From contig CAXXFV010000029.1 of the NCBI GenBank assembly GCA_963674595.2, positions 184,600-248,599 on the forward strand: 64,000 nucleotides of DNA, written 5' to 3'. Positions 21,190 through 31,105 of this stretch are shown here, piece after piece. The stretch is from a bacterium (GTDB lineage Bacteria; Zhuqueibacterota; Zhuqueibacteria; Residuimicrobiales; Krinioviventaceae). The notes below the pieces were generated by a model, which was not told where the DNA came from, did not search any database, and was given only the letters and a program-made list of their open reading frames with translations. How positions within the stretch are numbered: position 1 is the first letter of the stretch; the number at the start of each line of letters is the position of its first letter. Position numbers and translations under genes: made by a program.

Positions 21190-23481
21190 ATGAAATCGAA
21201 ATTCGCTGTTATCACCCTCATGTCTACAACGTTCATCTCCCTGGAAATGACCTGGACCCGCATTCTTTCGGCCGAATTTTTCTACACCTTTGCCTTTCTG
21301 GTGCTGTCTCTGGCAATTCTCGGCCTGGGTATGGGCGCTCTGGCGCTGCGCCTGTTTCCGGTTTTAAATCGTGAAAAGAATATCGGTCCGCTGCTTTCTT
21401 TAACCGGACTCATGACCCTGGCCGGTCCGCCGATTGTGTTTAAACTGGGACTGGATTTTTCACAACTGTTAAACAGTCCGCTCATGATCGGCAAACTGGT
21501 CTTAACGATTCTCATCCTCAGTTCGGCGTTCTTTTTCGGCGGGATCGCCCTGGCTGTTATTTTCAGAAACAACCACAAAGAGATGCCCAATCTTTACATG
21601 GCAGACCTGCTTGGCGCCGGTTTGGGTGTGGCTGTTGCCATTGTTTTTATGAACGTTTTCAGCACACCGACGGCCTCGTTTCTTATTGCCCTGCCGGTGC
21701 TGCTGGCATCCCTGATCTGTTCGAAAAAATTTTTCAGGATGGTGCCGCTGTTGCTGATGCTTGCCTCGGTCCTGCTTTCGCCCTATGCTTTAAACCTGCT
21801 GGAAGCCCCGCAGCGTGAACGCGGTCCGCTTATTTACAAACACTGGGACGCTATGGGAAAAATTAAAATGTTCAGCTATCCCAATGACGAAGGCCGGGGA
21901 ATGGTTATCGATAACATTGCCAACACGCCGGTTTACAAATTTGACGGCGATTATACGGTTCCCGACAGCACACCCAAAGACCAGTGGGCGATTCCGGTCG
22001 GTGACCTGATTCGTCGATTCAAGTCCTGCACGTTCCTATCCCTTGGTGCAGGCGGCGGCGGGGATGTGTTACAAGCCCTGTGCGAAGGCGCCAAAGAGGT
22101 GCACGCTGTTGAAGTCAATCCCTGGATCAACAAAATGATGACCGTGGGCGATCCGGACGGTTATGTCAAAACCTATACCGATTCGCTTGACACTACGTTA
22201 GTGGATTTGCCCGACTATACCGGCGGCTTGTATAAAGATCCCAGGGTCACTGTCGTAAGCGAAGACGCCCGTGCCTATGTGCGTCGGTTTAAAAATAAAT
22301 TTGATGTCATTTATTCACTCAGTTCCAATACATTCTCTGCGCTGGCATCCGGCTCTTTTGCCATGGCGGAAAACTATTTGTTCACCACCCAGGCGTTTCA
22401 GGATTACTGGACCGCGCTTTCAGACAGCGGTTTTATGATGATGGAACACCAGTTTTACATGCCCCGGCTCGTCAGCGAGGTAATACAGGCGTTGACAAAC
22501 CTGGGTGTGGAAAATCCCAAAGCACATTTTGCGGTTTACAATCTGCCGCAAATGCGGCGTAACGCGTTGCTGCTGTCTAAAAAACCGTTGACACAGCACA
22601 TCCTGCAAACCGCGTTAATAGACCTGTCCCCGGAAAATTTCGCATCGATCCATCTTTTATATCCGGCGGCAGATTCGGTCAAAAACAATCTCATTCAGCG
22701 CATTGTTGATAACGGCTGGCAAGCCCAGGCAGACAGCATGCGGTTTGATATTTCGCCCAACAACGACAACCGGCCCTTTGCCGCACAAATGGGCATGTGG
22801 AAAAACCTCAAACTCAAAGGTGTGGAAAAACTGCTGCCCTATGAATTTTATGGTTTTCCCCTGACCAAAATGATTATCGTTGTTATTATGATCGTGGTGT
22901 TTGTGCTGATCATTCCCCTCAACCTGTTACCCTATCTGCAAAAAGGGCCCAAACTCGGCGCCGCGCCCTGGCTGTACTTTTTTATCATCGGTATGGCCTT
23001 TATGATGATCGAAGTGGTGTTGATCCAAAAATACACGCTGTTTGTCGGGCCGTCGGTGTACAGTATTGCCACGATTCTGCTCACCCTGCTGGTGAGTTCA
23101 GGCATCGGCAGCCGCTTTTCCAACCGGGTTCATGATCTTGTTCCATTTTACGGTATTGTTTCCTGGCTCATTCTCGATTTATTCGTTTTCACATACCTGA
23201 CCGCAAGTCTTGGCGGTCTCACACAGGTATCGAGAATTTTAATCACAGCCCTGCTTATTCTGCCACTGGGATTTTTTATGGGCATGCCCTTTCCAAAAGC
23301 AGCCCTGCGGGTCCGTGAACTGGTGGACTGGGGATTCGCTGTTAACGGTGCCGCGTCCGTGCTTGGTTCCACGCTGATTATGCTGGTCGTTTTTGCCTGG
23401 GGCTATTCAGCCGGACTGCTGCTGAGCGCCGGTTTGTACTTGCTGGCAATGCTGCTGCTGAACACGAAAAAAGGCTGGTAA
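21190..23481 (+). CDS. Membrane-embedded spermidine-synthase-like SAM-dependent transferase
   Basis: Multi-TM N- and C-termini; 'LGAGGGGDV', 'AVEVNP', 'EDAR', 'ENYLFT'. Confidence 0.85.
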   Translation: MKSKFAVITLMSTTFISLEMTWTRILSAEFFYTFAFLVLSLAILGLGMGALALRLFPVLNREKNIGPLLSLTGLMTLAGPPIVFKLGLDFSQLLNSPLMIGKLVLTILILSSAFFFGGIALAVIFRNNHKEMPNLYMADLLGAGLGVAVAIVFMNVFSTPTASFLIALPVLLASLICSKKFFRMVPLLLMLASVLLSPYALNLLEAPQRERGPLIYKHWDAMGKIKMFSYPNDEGRGMVIDNIANTPVYKFDGDYTVPDSTPKDQWAIPVGDLIRRFKSCTFLSLGAGGGGDVLQALCEGAKEVHAVEVNPWINKMMTVGDPDGYVKTYTDSLDTTLVDLPDYTGGLYKDPRVTVVSEDARAYVRRFKNKFDVIYSLSSNTFSALASGSFAMAENYLFTTQAFQDYWTALSDSGFMMMEHQFYMPRLVSEVIQALTNLGVENPKAHFAVYNLPQMRRNALLLSKKPLTQHILQTALIDLSPENFASIHLLYPAADSVKNNLIQRIVDNGWQAQADSMRFDISPNNDNRPFAAQMGMWKNLKLKGVEKLLPYEFYGFPLTKMIIVVIMIVVFVLIIPLNLLPYLQKGPKLGAAPWLYFFIIGMAFMMIEVVLIQKYTLFVGPSVYSIATILLTLLVSSGIGSRFSNRVHDLVPFYGIVSWLILDLFVFTYLTASLGGLTQVSRILITALLILPLGFFMGMPFPKAALRVRELVDWGFAVNGAASVLGSTLIMLVVFAWGYSAGLLLSAGLYLLAMLLLNTKKGW

Positions 23482-23510
23482 CGGTTTTTAAAAGAATATA
23501 AAAATTCATT

Positions 23511-23542
23511 AAACCACGGACCTGTTTGTCCGTGGTTTTTTT
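23511..23542 (+). terminator. Rho-independent terminator
   Basis: AAACCACGGA-loop-TCCGTGGTTT followed by a T-tract. Confidence 0.85.
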
Positions 23543-23657
23543 ATATAAAATTATTGAAATCGGTTCATTTATATCAAAAAGAATTTCAGGAATTCCCTGA
23601 ATTTTTGTATATTGGCTAAAGTATTAATCAGAAATTACCTCCAAAAGGAGATTTTAT

Positions 23658-24881
23658 ATGGACTTGAAATTTGGTGAAAATGTAAAACAACAGGCAGCAG
23701 AATTACAGGCCCAGGGAAGAGACGCCAATCAAATCGCCAAAATACTGTTTGATCGTGATGATCAGGGCAGCAATTACGGCATCGGCATTATACTTGATAA
23801 TGAAGGCAAACCGGCAAAAAGCTCATCGGTCCTGAAAAAATATCTGCAACAGGAGCTGGACAACTGTACGGCCGGCACCTATATGAATTCCGCAAAAATA
23901 ATGGACCAGCTTAAAGAAGCGGTTTTACGCTGGCAGCGGGTTCCTGAAAAATACTGGTCATCTTTTTCTTTGGCGATACCGTCTGATGCCGGGACCGGCG
24001 CGGTAAAATCATCCGTGGAAATGGCATTGATGATGGACACGCAAAAAAACAGCATCGGTGTGGAAGAACTGGGCTGGCCCGCTTACAAGGCCATTGCCAA
24101 ACTGGCGCGAATCGGTATTAAAGAATTTCCCCAGGACAGTGTGATGGAAGGCGATAACCTTCAGCCGCTTTACCAGGCAGGTCCCATGAATACCACCGGT
24201 CAAGTCCGTAACGCCGCTGTTATTCAGGCGCGTGCCGAAGCGGCCGCCAAAACCGGAACACCCGTCATTCTGGACCGTGCCTATTCCGGATTCGAGTTTG
24301 CCCGTCTCATCGAAACAAACTCTTATGACGACATTATGGCAAAAAGTTTTGAACTGCAAATTAAACCCTTTCTTGATGCCGGCATCAGGACAACACTTGC
24401 CCTGAGTCCCACAAAGGCGTTTGTCACCTTTGCTTTTCGCCCCTGTGGATTTTTGCTGGTATATAATCCCGACCCGGCTGAAAACAAAAACGTAACCCTG
24501 GCTATGAACGCCACCATTCGCGCACGGGGTTCTTCTTTTGAACACCCGGTTACCCGGGCCTTTGCTAAAGCCATGGTCAACGACCTGGCCGGTCTGGAAA
24601 ACGAACACCTGTCCGCCCTGAAGAGGCTGGCAGAATCTGAAAAATTGTGGAGCAAACTTGTAAAAGGCACAGCCATAGAAGCCCTGTTCTCCGAAAAATA
24701 TGCCGGACTGTTTAGAAATCCGCTGGCCAAAGACGATGCCCCGGAAAACATTTACGGGTCACATCTTTACCCGGTTTTCTCACAGGGCCGCTGCCGCCTC
24801 AACGCCACGGGTCTGCCCTCCAATGAAGAACTGGCACAGCAGCACGTTCAGGTCTTTGCCAAATTTTGTATGGAAAAATAA
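23658..24881 (+). CDS. Divergent fold-type I PLP-dependent aminotransferase
   Basis: 'AGTGAV', 'NTTG', 'ILDRAYSG' (D-x-A-Y) and 'SPTKAF' PLP lysine; AGGAG RBS. Confidence 0.75.
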   Translation: MDLKFGENVKQQAAELQAQGRDANQIAKILFDRDDQGSNYGIGIILDNEGKPAKSSSVLKKYLQQELDNCTAGTYMNSAKIMDQLKEAVLRWQRVPEKYWSSFSLAIPSDAGTGAVKSSVEMALMMDTQKNSIGVEELGWPAYKAIAKLARIGIKEFPQDSVMEGDNLQPLYQAGPMNTTGQVRNAAVIQARAEAAAKTGTPVILDRAYSGFEFARLIETNSYDDIMAKSFELQIKPFLDAGIRTTLALSPTKAFVTFAFRPCGFLLVYNPDPAENKNVTLAMNATIRARGSSFEHPVTRAFAKAMVNDLAGLENEHLSALKRLAESEKLWSKLVKGTAIEALFSEKYAGLFRNPLAKDDAPENIYGSHLYPVFSQGRCRLNATGLPSNEELAQQHVQVFAKFCMEK

Positions 24882-24909
24882 TACAGGAATAAATTTGTTT
24901 TAAAATTAC

Positions 24910-24944
24910 CAGCCCTGATCGGTTTAACCGGTCAGGGCTGTTTT
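24910..24944 (+). terminator. Rho-independent terminator
   Basis: CAGCCCTGATCGG-TTTAA-CCGGTCAGGGCTG then TTTT. Confidence 0.8.
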
Positions 24945-25117
24945 GTCTTAAGGACCGTTTCAGTGATTGAATAATTTTAATTTGGCAACAACCTCCTCCC
25001 TCTTTTCCCCACTATCCTTCAACTGTTTGTATTCTTAAATAAAATTGATTCTGTTAAACATATCACACAAATATTTTACAGGTTTTGTATTTTTCAGGAT
25101 AAAAATACGGAGCGAAT

Positions 25118-26272
25118 ATGAAAAATCTCTCACATATATTACTGCTGCTGGTGACGGTTACGACCGCCTCTTTTGCACAATCAGCTTTTGGTACATGGAT
25201 AAACAGGCAATACAATCTGAGTATGACACTCAATCAGGATGGAACATTTGTGCTTGTCGGTCCTAATGGACAAATAAACGGTCTGTGGGGCGCACAGGGG
25301 CAGTTGTTTCAAATGCAGGACGCCATGGGCCAGATATCTCAATATACCATAACACATTTCAGCCAAAACGCACTGCATTTTGTCGATGTCAACGGTGCGG
25401 CTTTTCAATATGAACGACAGACGCCGCAAACACAGGAACCGGTCACCTTACTGGCGGAAGCGCAGGGCCTGCAATTGACCAGCGCACATGTAAAAACCGC
25501 TGTGGGTATTGTCCAGTTTGTCATCGGGCAGCAGATCAAACCCGGCGAAGTTGACGAATTAACCCAATCATCCATACCCGAGTTTAAAACAGATCCGCAG
25601 GAATTCACCCGGCAGATCCAGGGCCTGCAGCAGTCATTAAATACCATGCAGTCATTGCAGGACCCCTTACAAATCGGCACACTGCGGCAAATGCTCATTG
25701 CCGAATTTCATAAGGCCACCTTACCCATGGCTGAAACGGATAAACCTTTGCTGATTCGTATTATAAACCGTTACGTAAAAGTCATGGCCTATGATGCAAC
25801 CAACAATCTCGCCCTGACCGATGCGGACATATCAGCAATGATCGATTATGTCCAGTTTTCCAATCAGCTTTCCGGCATGCAATACACTTTTACAGAGGCT
25901 GAACGCGAGCAATATTCTCAGCAATTAATCAATGATTTTGCGGCCGCACCATTACAGCAAAAACAATTTTTATGTTCCGCAAGTCTGGCGTGGACCCTTG
26001 TCAAAGCAAACTGGGACAATATGAACAGCATGCAGCGAAACCAGGTACAGCAAAATTATGCCGGAACACTGAACACACAAAACCAGCAAACCAGCAGCGG
26101 CAATGTTACCCAATATGACATTGACAAATTACGCCGGGAAAACATGGCCCAACAAAATATGTTTAACATGATGAACAACATGTCTTTGCAAAACCATGCA
26201 ACAATGCTGAACACCATAGAAAATTTCGGAGGCACCGGTAATTATTGGGAAGTAACAAACAGTCTTTATTAA
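25118..26272 (+). CDS. Hypothetical secreted Q/N/M-rich protein
   Basis: Signal peptide, small N-terminal beta-barrel-like region, helical Gln-rich remainder. Confidence 0.7.
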   Translation: MKNLSHILLLLVTVTTASFAQSAFGTWINRQYNLSMTLNQDGTFVLVGPNGQINGLWGAQGQLFQMQDAMGQISQYTITHFSQNALHFVDVNGAAFQYERQTPQTQEPVTLLAEAQGLQLTSAHVKTAVGIVQFVIGQQIKPGEVDELTQSSIPEFKTDPQEFTRQIQGLQQSLNTMQSLQDPLQIGTLRQMLIAEFHKATLPMAETDKPLLIRIINRYVKVMAYDATNNLALTDADISAMIDYVQFSNQLSGMQYTFTEAEREQYSQQLINDFAAAPLQQKQFLCSASLAWTLVKANWDNMNSMQRNQVQQNYAGTLNTQNQQTSSGNVTQYDIDKLRRENMAQQNMFNMMNNMSLQNHATMLNTIENFGGTGNYWEVTNSLY

Positions 26273-26410
26273 TAAAAAAATCAACGCAAAAAAACACACA
26301 TTACGAATGCTCAAACGGTCCTCCCCTCTTTATATTGCTGTTGCTTTTAGTGGAAATAGATAGTAACTTGTGCCCAACACACGATTTTTCGGTTTAGGAG
26401 ATAAAATATA

Positions 26411-27673
26411 ATGACATTACCCATGATTGTCCTGCTGATTCTGTTTATTTGTGTAACAGCATTCAAATACGGACTAAAATTTATAAACCTGAATTACCTG
26501 AAAATACACGGACTTAAAATACCGGAGGTCTTTGCAGGACAAATTGATGAGGAGATGCTGCAAAAAACCAGCGACTATACGGTTGAACACAACCGCTTTG
26601 ACACAATAGACTCTATTTTTGATAATATTCTCATATTAATTTTTATCTTTGGCGGCCTGCTCTCTATATACAACGAATGGATACTCACATTTCAACTGCC
26701 GTTTATACTGTCCGGACTGGTGTTTTTTGCCATTCTCAGTCTTGTCTCAACTGTTCTGGACATCCCCTTTGACCTGTACAGCACATTTAAAATCGAAGCC
26801 AAATACGGATTCAACACCAAAACCGTCACACTGTGGCTCACAGACCTGCTCAAATCAATTGTTATTTCACTCGTTCTCATGGCAATTATCGGCGGCATCG
26901 GTTTCTGGATCATCACGGCCAGTCCCCATTACTGGTGGGTCTGGATCTGGGCCTTTTTCCTGGTGTTCAGCCTTTTTCTGATGTACATTTCGCCCTATGT
27001 CATCGAACCGCTTTTTAACAAGTTTACCCCCATTGCCGAAGATTATAAAGAGCTGGAAGAAAAGATAAAAACCATGTTTGAAAAAATCGGCATAAAGGTC
27101 AGCCGCGTGTTTAAAATCGATGCGTCCAAACGCAGCAAACACACCAACGCCTATTTTACCGGCATCGGCAAGGTGAAACGCATCGTGTTGTACGACACCC
27201 TGCTCGACAATATGACCGAACAGGAAATTCTGGCGGTCCTGGCCCACGAAGCCGGACACTGGAAGAAAAAGCACATTCTCAAACGTATTCTCGTTTCCGA
27301 GATAATCGGCTTTATCGGCATATACATTTCGTTCCGCCTGCTGGAATCGGACCTGTTATCATCCTGGTTCAACATGCATTCCGATACGTTTTTTGCCAAA
27401 CTGATCCTGCTCAGTTTTGTCGGCGGCATTATCACCTTTCCCTTTTCACCGTTAAGCGCCTATTTTTCCAGAAAACACGAACGACAGGCCGACCAGATTG
27501 CCGTTAATTTAACCGGCGCCCCGGACGGACTGTTCAGCGCCCTGGTTAAGCTGTCCAAGGACAACCTGTCCAACCTGCACCCGCACCCGTTTTTCGCCAA
27601 ATGGTACTATTCCCATCCGCCCATTGTGGAACGGCTCAACTATATCAAAAATTTAAAACCGGAAAAGGTTTAA
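26411..27673 (+). CDS. M48A/Ste24-family zinc metalloprotease
   Basis: 'PLFNKF', 'D.SKRS..NAYF.G', 'LYDTL', 'HEAGH', 'E..AD', 'YSHPP'. Confidence 0.95.
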   Translation: MTLPMIVLLILFICVTAFKYGLKFINLNYLKIHGLKIPEVFAGQIDEEMLQKTSDYTVEHNRFDTIDSIFDNILILIFIFGGLLSIYNEWILTFQLPFILSGLVFFAILSLVSTVLDIPFDLYSTFKIEAKYGFNTKTVTLWLTDLLKSIVISLVLMAIIGGIGFWIITASPHYWWVWIWAFFLVFSLFLMYISPYVIEPLFNKFTPIAEDYKELEEKIKTMFEKIGIKVSRVFKIDASKRSKHTNAYFTGIGKVKRIVLYDTLLDNMTEQEILAVLAHEAGHWKKKHILKRILVSEIIGFIGIYISFRLLESDLLSSWFNMHSDTFFAKLILLSFVGGIITFPFSPLSAYFSRKHERQADQIAVNLTGAPDGLFSALVKLSKDNLSNLHPHPFFAKWYYSHPPIVERLNYIKNLKPEKV

Positions 27674-27708
27674 CATTATAAACCGGGGAAACATTTTTAT
27701 ACCACTTG

Positions 27709-27739
27709 AGGGATTTAAAATTTTAAATCCCTTTTTTTT
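27709..27739 (+). terminator. Rho-independent terminator
   Basis: AGGGATTTAAAA/TTTTAAATCCCT palindrome followed by a T-tract. Confidence 0.75.
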
Positions 27740-27758
27740 AACATTTTTCAAAAACCGC

Positions 27759-27993
27759 TTGCCTTGATTTTATTTAATTTGTATTATTCTTCTATCAGCA
27801 CAAAGGACTGTTTTTCAGGACGATTTGGTCGCGCATGGGTGTCCCGATGACTTTTGCTGATTATCCATTTTAATATTTATATTCGGGAAGTTACAACACA
27901 CACGAGGAGAGATTGCGGCGGTCACAAGATCATATTCCGGTTGGTTCGTTGCTCAAATGTTTTGGGTTGGGTGGGGTGTGCGTGGTTATTGAT
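27759..27993 (+). ncRNA. Dispersed promoter-bearing structured element, copy 1
   Basis: TTGCCT-N17-TATTAT; ATCAGCA/TGCTGAT and GGAC/GTCC stems; ACACACGAGGAGAGATTG..CGG..CCGGTT..TTTTGGGT blocks shared with three other copies. Confidence 0.7.
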
Positions 27994-28159
27994 TAACATT
28001 ATTTAAATCATTTTTTTGCAAATGATTATATTGGCATATGTGTTATATAAATTTGTTACCAGCAATATAATTATAACAATTGGAAATATTATTATTATGA
28101 TATAAGAAACTAAATATTATTTGATAAAGGTAGCTAGACTATGTGTTACAGGGAAAAAT

Positions 28160-28580
28160 ATGAATATTGAAAACGTATCAACAGTATTAGGATTACTTGG
28201 ATTGGGCGGATTGCTTTGAACATATTTCCGAATATTATGGGAACGAAAAAACACAACATTATTACAAAAACAAGAAGTTAAAGAAAAAAGATATAAATGT
28301 ATTATTATTCTTTTTTATCTCTTTTAGATTTAAAAAAAACAAATATTTATTACACCAAAATAATCGAGAATATATTAAAACACCTGAAGATTTAATTGAT
28401 AAACTTAAAATTGAATGAAATAACATGATTCTGTTCGTATCAGACGAAGTTATTTACTCAATGAATAAATTTATCAAAAATCCTTCACCAGAGGATTATC
28501 GTAAAATGGCTATCGCTATGAGAAAAGATCTTTGGGGAGGGAAAATATCATCCAAAAATATTGAAAATTTAAACCTATGA
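28160..28580 (+). pseudogene. Decayed AT-rich membrane-anchored hypothetical gene
   Basis: Reads MNIENVSTVLGLLGLGGLL*TYFRILWERK...(frameshift)...LKIE*NNMILFVSDEV...AMRKDLWGGK; two in-frame TGA and one frameshift. Confidence 0.7.
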
Positions 28581-28585
28581 CGATC

Positions 28586-28727
28586 CTCAAGACGCGATTA
28601 GACGGGGGTATTTACCCCGATAACAAATAGTTTAAAAATGTAAATATCAATTTGAGCCCTTTATTTGAAAACAGATCAGGGCACATGCCCTGGTTTATAT
28701 ACCACCCTGGGGAAAATTTCCAGGGGC
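28586..28727 (+). mobile_element. Miniature RAYT-derived element, copy 1
   Basis: GGGGTATTTACCCCGATAA, then sequence homologous to the tnpA 3' tail, GATCAGGGCACATGCCC and the CCCTGG..CCAGGG hairpin. Confidence 0.8.
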
Positions 28728-28865
28728 AAAAATTTACTGCTTATGTTTTGTAAATCATTCTTTTAAATACATATTTATTAATTACAAATGCCTAAAGGAG
28801 AAAAGTATCTTACTGAAAAATCAAGGAAACATAGAAACCACAATCCTTAAAAGAAGGAAGATCCT

Positions 28866-31067
28866 ATGAAAAATGTTTTACGATTATTTGTATTCCTGTT
28901 TATAATGCAATTTGGTTTCACTACCATTGCACACGCACAAAGAACAATAACGAAAGGCAGCCACCAGGATTTCAGAGAGGGAGTAGCTCATACACTAAGG
29001 ACTGCTCGCTTGAGCGATAATAAAATCCTTGTAACATATAAAGAGTCTTCGTCCAGTACCTCAGATTTATATGCCATTGCCGGTACTGTAAATTCGAGTA
29101 CAAGAGAAATCGCATGGGGTACAAGAACTTTTTTAGGATCAGGATACGGAACCGCTCAAGATATTGTTGCTCTATCCTCAACAAAAGCAGCTATATTTTT
29201 TGAATATTGGCCCAGTACTCCCGACACAATGCAATATTGTGTGTTGGATATTGACGGTACTGATATTACAAAAGGAGCGATAACAAAGTTTACTGATCAT
29301 CAGGTTTCGTATAATGCTTCTTTTAGAGCTGCAGCACTATCAAATGATCAGGTTGTTGTTTGTTATGAAACAACGACAGATTCGAGATTATTAGCAATGA
29401 CCGGAACAGTTAGCGGAACAACAATTACATGGGGCGGAGCTGCAACATTTAATGCTACAGATGCTGCTTTTACAGCCATTTGCAGGCTTAGTGACACAAA
29501 ATTTGCCATTGCTTACGAAGATGACGATAATAGTGATCGAGGCCAAATTCGTATTGGTACAGTAAGCGGCACAACAATTACTCCCGGGGCCAGTGCATAT
29601 ACGTTTAATACAGGCAGCGCGGTTGGCGCTTTAGCGATAACAGCTTTAGGTGAAGATAGATTGGCACTTGCATGGGAAGACGATGGAGATGCCAACGATG
29701 TTGCACAGGTATCACTTGCAACAGTAAGTGGTACTGCGGTTTCATTCCCTGGTAATGCACCGAGTTTTTTACAAAATGTAAATAGTGATTTAACAATTTC
29801 CGCTTTGTCAGAGTCTGAAGTTATCGTTGCCATGAGCGCAGGAGCAGGATCACCAGATTCCTATGCTTATTGCGTTTTGTCTGGTAATGATTTCAGTGTA
29901 AGCACAGATGTCCTTCTAAATGATAGAGCAGAGGATGCCAGTGTAAACTGCCTGACTTCAGACCTTTTTGTGATTAGTTTTATCGACTATTACGACGCGG
30001 AAGGCGCTGGTGCCCAATATGGGATGTCCAAAGTTTTTACAGTTGCAAGCGGTTCCTATCCGGAAATAAATGTACAGGGAAACAGTATAGATATTGTTTC
30101 AGGTGATAACACACCAACAACAGCCGACCATACGGATTTCGGCACAGGAGCTACGCTATCTCGAACGTTTACAATACAAAACCAGGGTGCAGGCACGCTC
30201 ACACTGGGCTCAAACGCTGTTACAATTACAGGTACAGATGCTGCAAACTTTAGTGTTGACACACAACCAGCAACTACCGTTTCCGGCAGTTCCAGCACAA
30301 CATTTGTGATTGATTTTGCATCTGCCAGCGCTACTTCTCATTCTGCAGAAATTCATATCAACAGTGATGACATTCACGAACGGGACTATTTCTTTTCAAT
30401 TACAGCAGAAGGCGCAGCATCTTCAAACGTCCGCGCCCAAATCAAAGTCTTTCTCGAAGGGCCGTACAATTCGACCAACAATGAAATGAATATTGACTTA
30501 AAGACAGCAGCGGTCATCCCTACAACATCACCCTATTCTGAAGACGCCCGCACCATTGGTTCCATTCCCGCAGAAATTGTAGATTGGGTGTTGGTGCAGC
30601 TTCGCTCCACGTCGGATGGAGCAGCCGTGGTTTCCAAAAGCGCATTGCTGCACAAAAGCGGTTCCATTGTTGCCGATGACGGTATAACAGATTACATAGA
30701 GCTGGAAACGGATGCGGATGATTATTTTATTGTTATTAAACACAGAAATCATATAGCCGTTATGAGCGCTGTTGTTCACAGCCTCACTGCCGGCAGTTCG
30801 ACTCTTTATGATTTTACAATAAACAAAAATAAATATTGGGAAAACGATGCCATAGAAGTGGATACCGATCCTCAAACAATTTACGGCATGTACGCCGGAG
30901 ACACCGATGCCCTCGGCACAGTAGACGCCGATGATAGGGCAGCCACATGGAACGACAGAAATAAATCCGGCTACGAAAACAGTGACTGTAAACTCACCGG
31001 TTCAGTCGATGCAGACGACAGGGCAGTCACCTGGAACAACAGAAATAAATCAACCAAATTGCCGTAA
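28866..31067 (+). CDS. Secreted protein: beta-propeller repeats, choice-of-anchor D Ig domain and C-terminal dockerin-like module
   Basis: Repeated 'TVSGTTIT.G'; 'PEINVQGN...TDFG..FTIQN.G'; 'KVFLEGPY', 'HRNH', duplicated 'G.VDADDRA.TWN.RNKS'. Confidence 0.8.
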   Translation: MKNVLRLFVFLFIMQFGFTTIAHAQRTITKGSHQDFREGVAHTLRTARLSDNKILVTYKESSSSTSDLYAIAGTVNSSTREIAWGTRTFLGSGYGTAQDIVALSSTKAAIFFEYWPSTPDTMQYCVLDIDGTDITKGAITKFTDHQVSYNASFRAAALSNDQVVVCYETTTDSRLLAMTGTVSGTTITWGGAATFNATDAAFTAICRLSDTKFAIAYEDDDNSDRGQIRIGTVSGTTITPGASAYTFNTGSAVGALAITALGEDRLALAWEDDGDANDVAQVSLATVSGTAVSFPGNAPSFLQNVNSDLTISALSESEVIVAMSAGAGSPDSYAYCVLSGNDFSVSTDVLLNDRAEDASVNCLTSDLFVISFIDYYDAEGAGAQYGMSKVFTVASGSYPEINVQGNSIDIVSGDNTPTTADHTDFGTGATLSRTFTIQNQGAGTLTLGSNAVTITGTDAANFSVDTQPATTVSGSSSTTFVIDFASASATSHSAEIHINSDDIHERDYFFSITAEGAASSNVRAQIKVFLEGPYNSTNNEMNIDLKTAAVIPTTSPYSEDARTIGSIPAEIVDWVLVQLRSTSDGAAVVSKSALLHKSGSIVADDGITDYIELETDADDYFIVIKHRNHIAVMSAVVHSLTAGSSTLYDFTINKNKYWENDAIEVDTDPQTIYGMYAGDTDALGTVDADDRAATWNDRNKSGYENSDCKLTGSVDADDRAVTWNNRNKSTKLP

Positions 31068-31105
31068 TAAATTGAATTTGAATTGAAAGACAAGAGGAAC
31101 CTCTC

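Noticed and set aside
24009-24751. Long minus-strand and alternate-frame ORFs overlapping well-supported genes, here and throughout the ORF track
   Set aside because: No recognisable motifs or RBS; they are shadows of the real + strand genes.
27913-27996. Short ORF (TTG start after GAGGAG; MRRSQDHIPVGSLLKCFGLGGVCVVID) inside repeated element copy 1, as a type I toxin-like peptide
   Set aside because: Copy 2 lacks the TTG, and copies 3 and 4 change frame and length after the first dozen or so codons, so conservation looks nucleotide-level rather than coding. Not fully excluded.
28160-28580. Alternative genetic code (TGA read-through) in the AT-rich gene
   Set aside because: One TGA sits where Gly seems likely and the other where Trp seems likely, there is also a frameshift, and TGA ends many normal genes in the window. 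Simple decay is more parsimonious.
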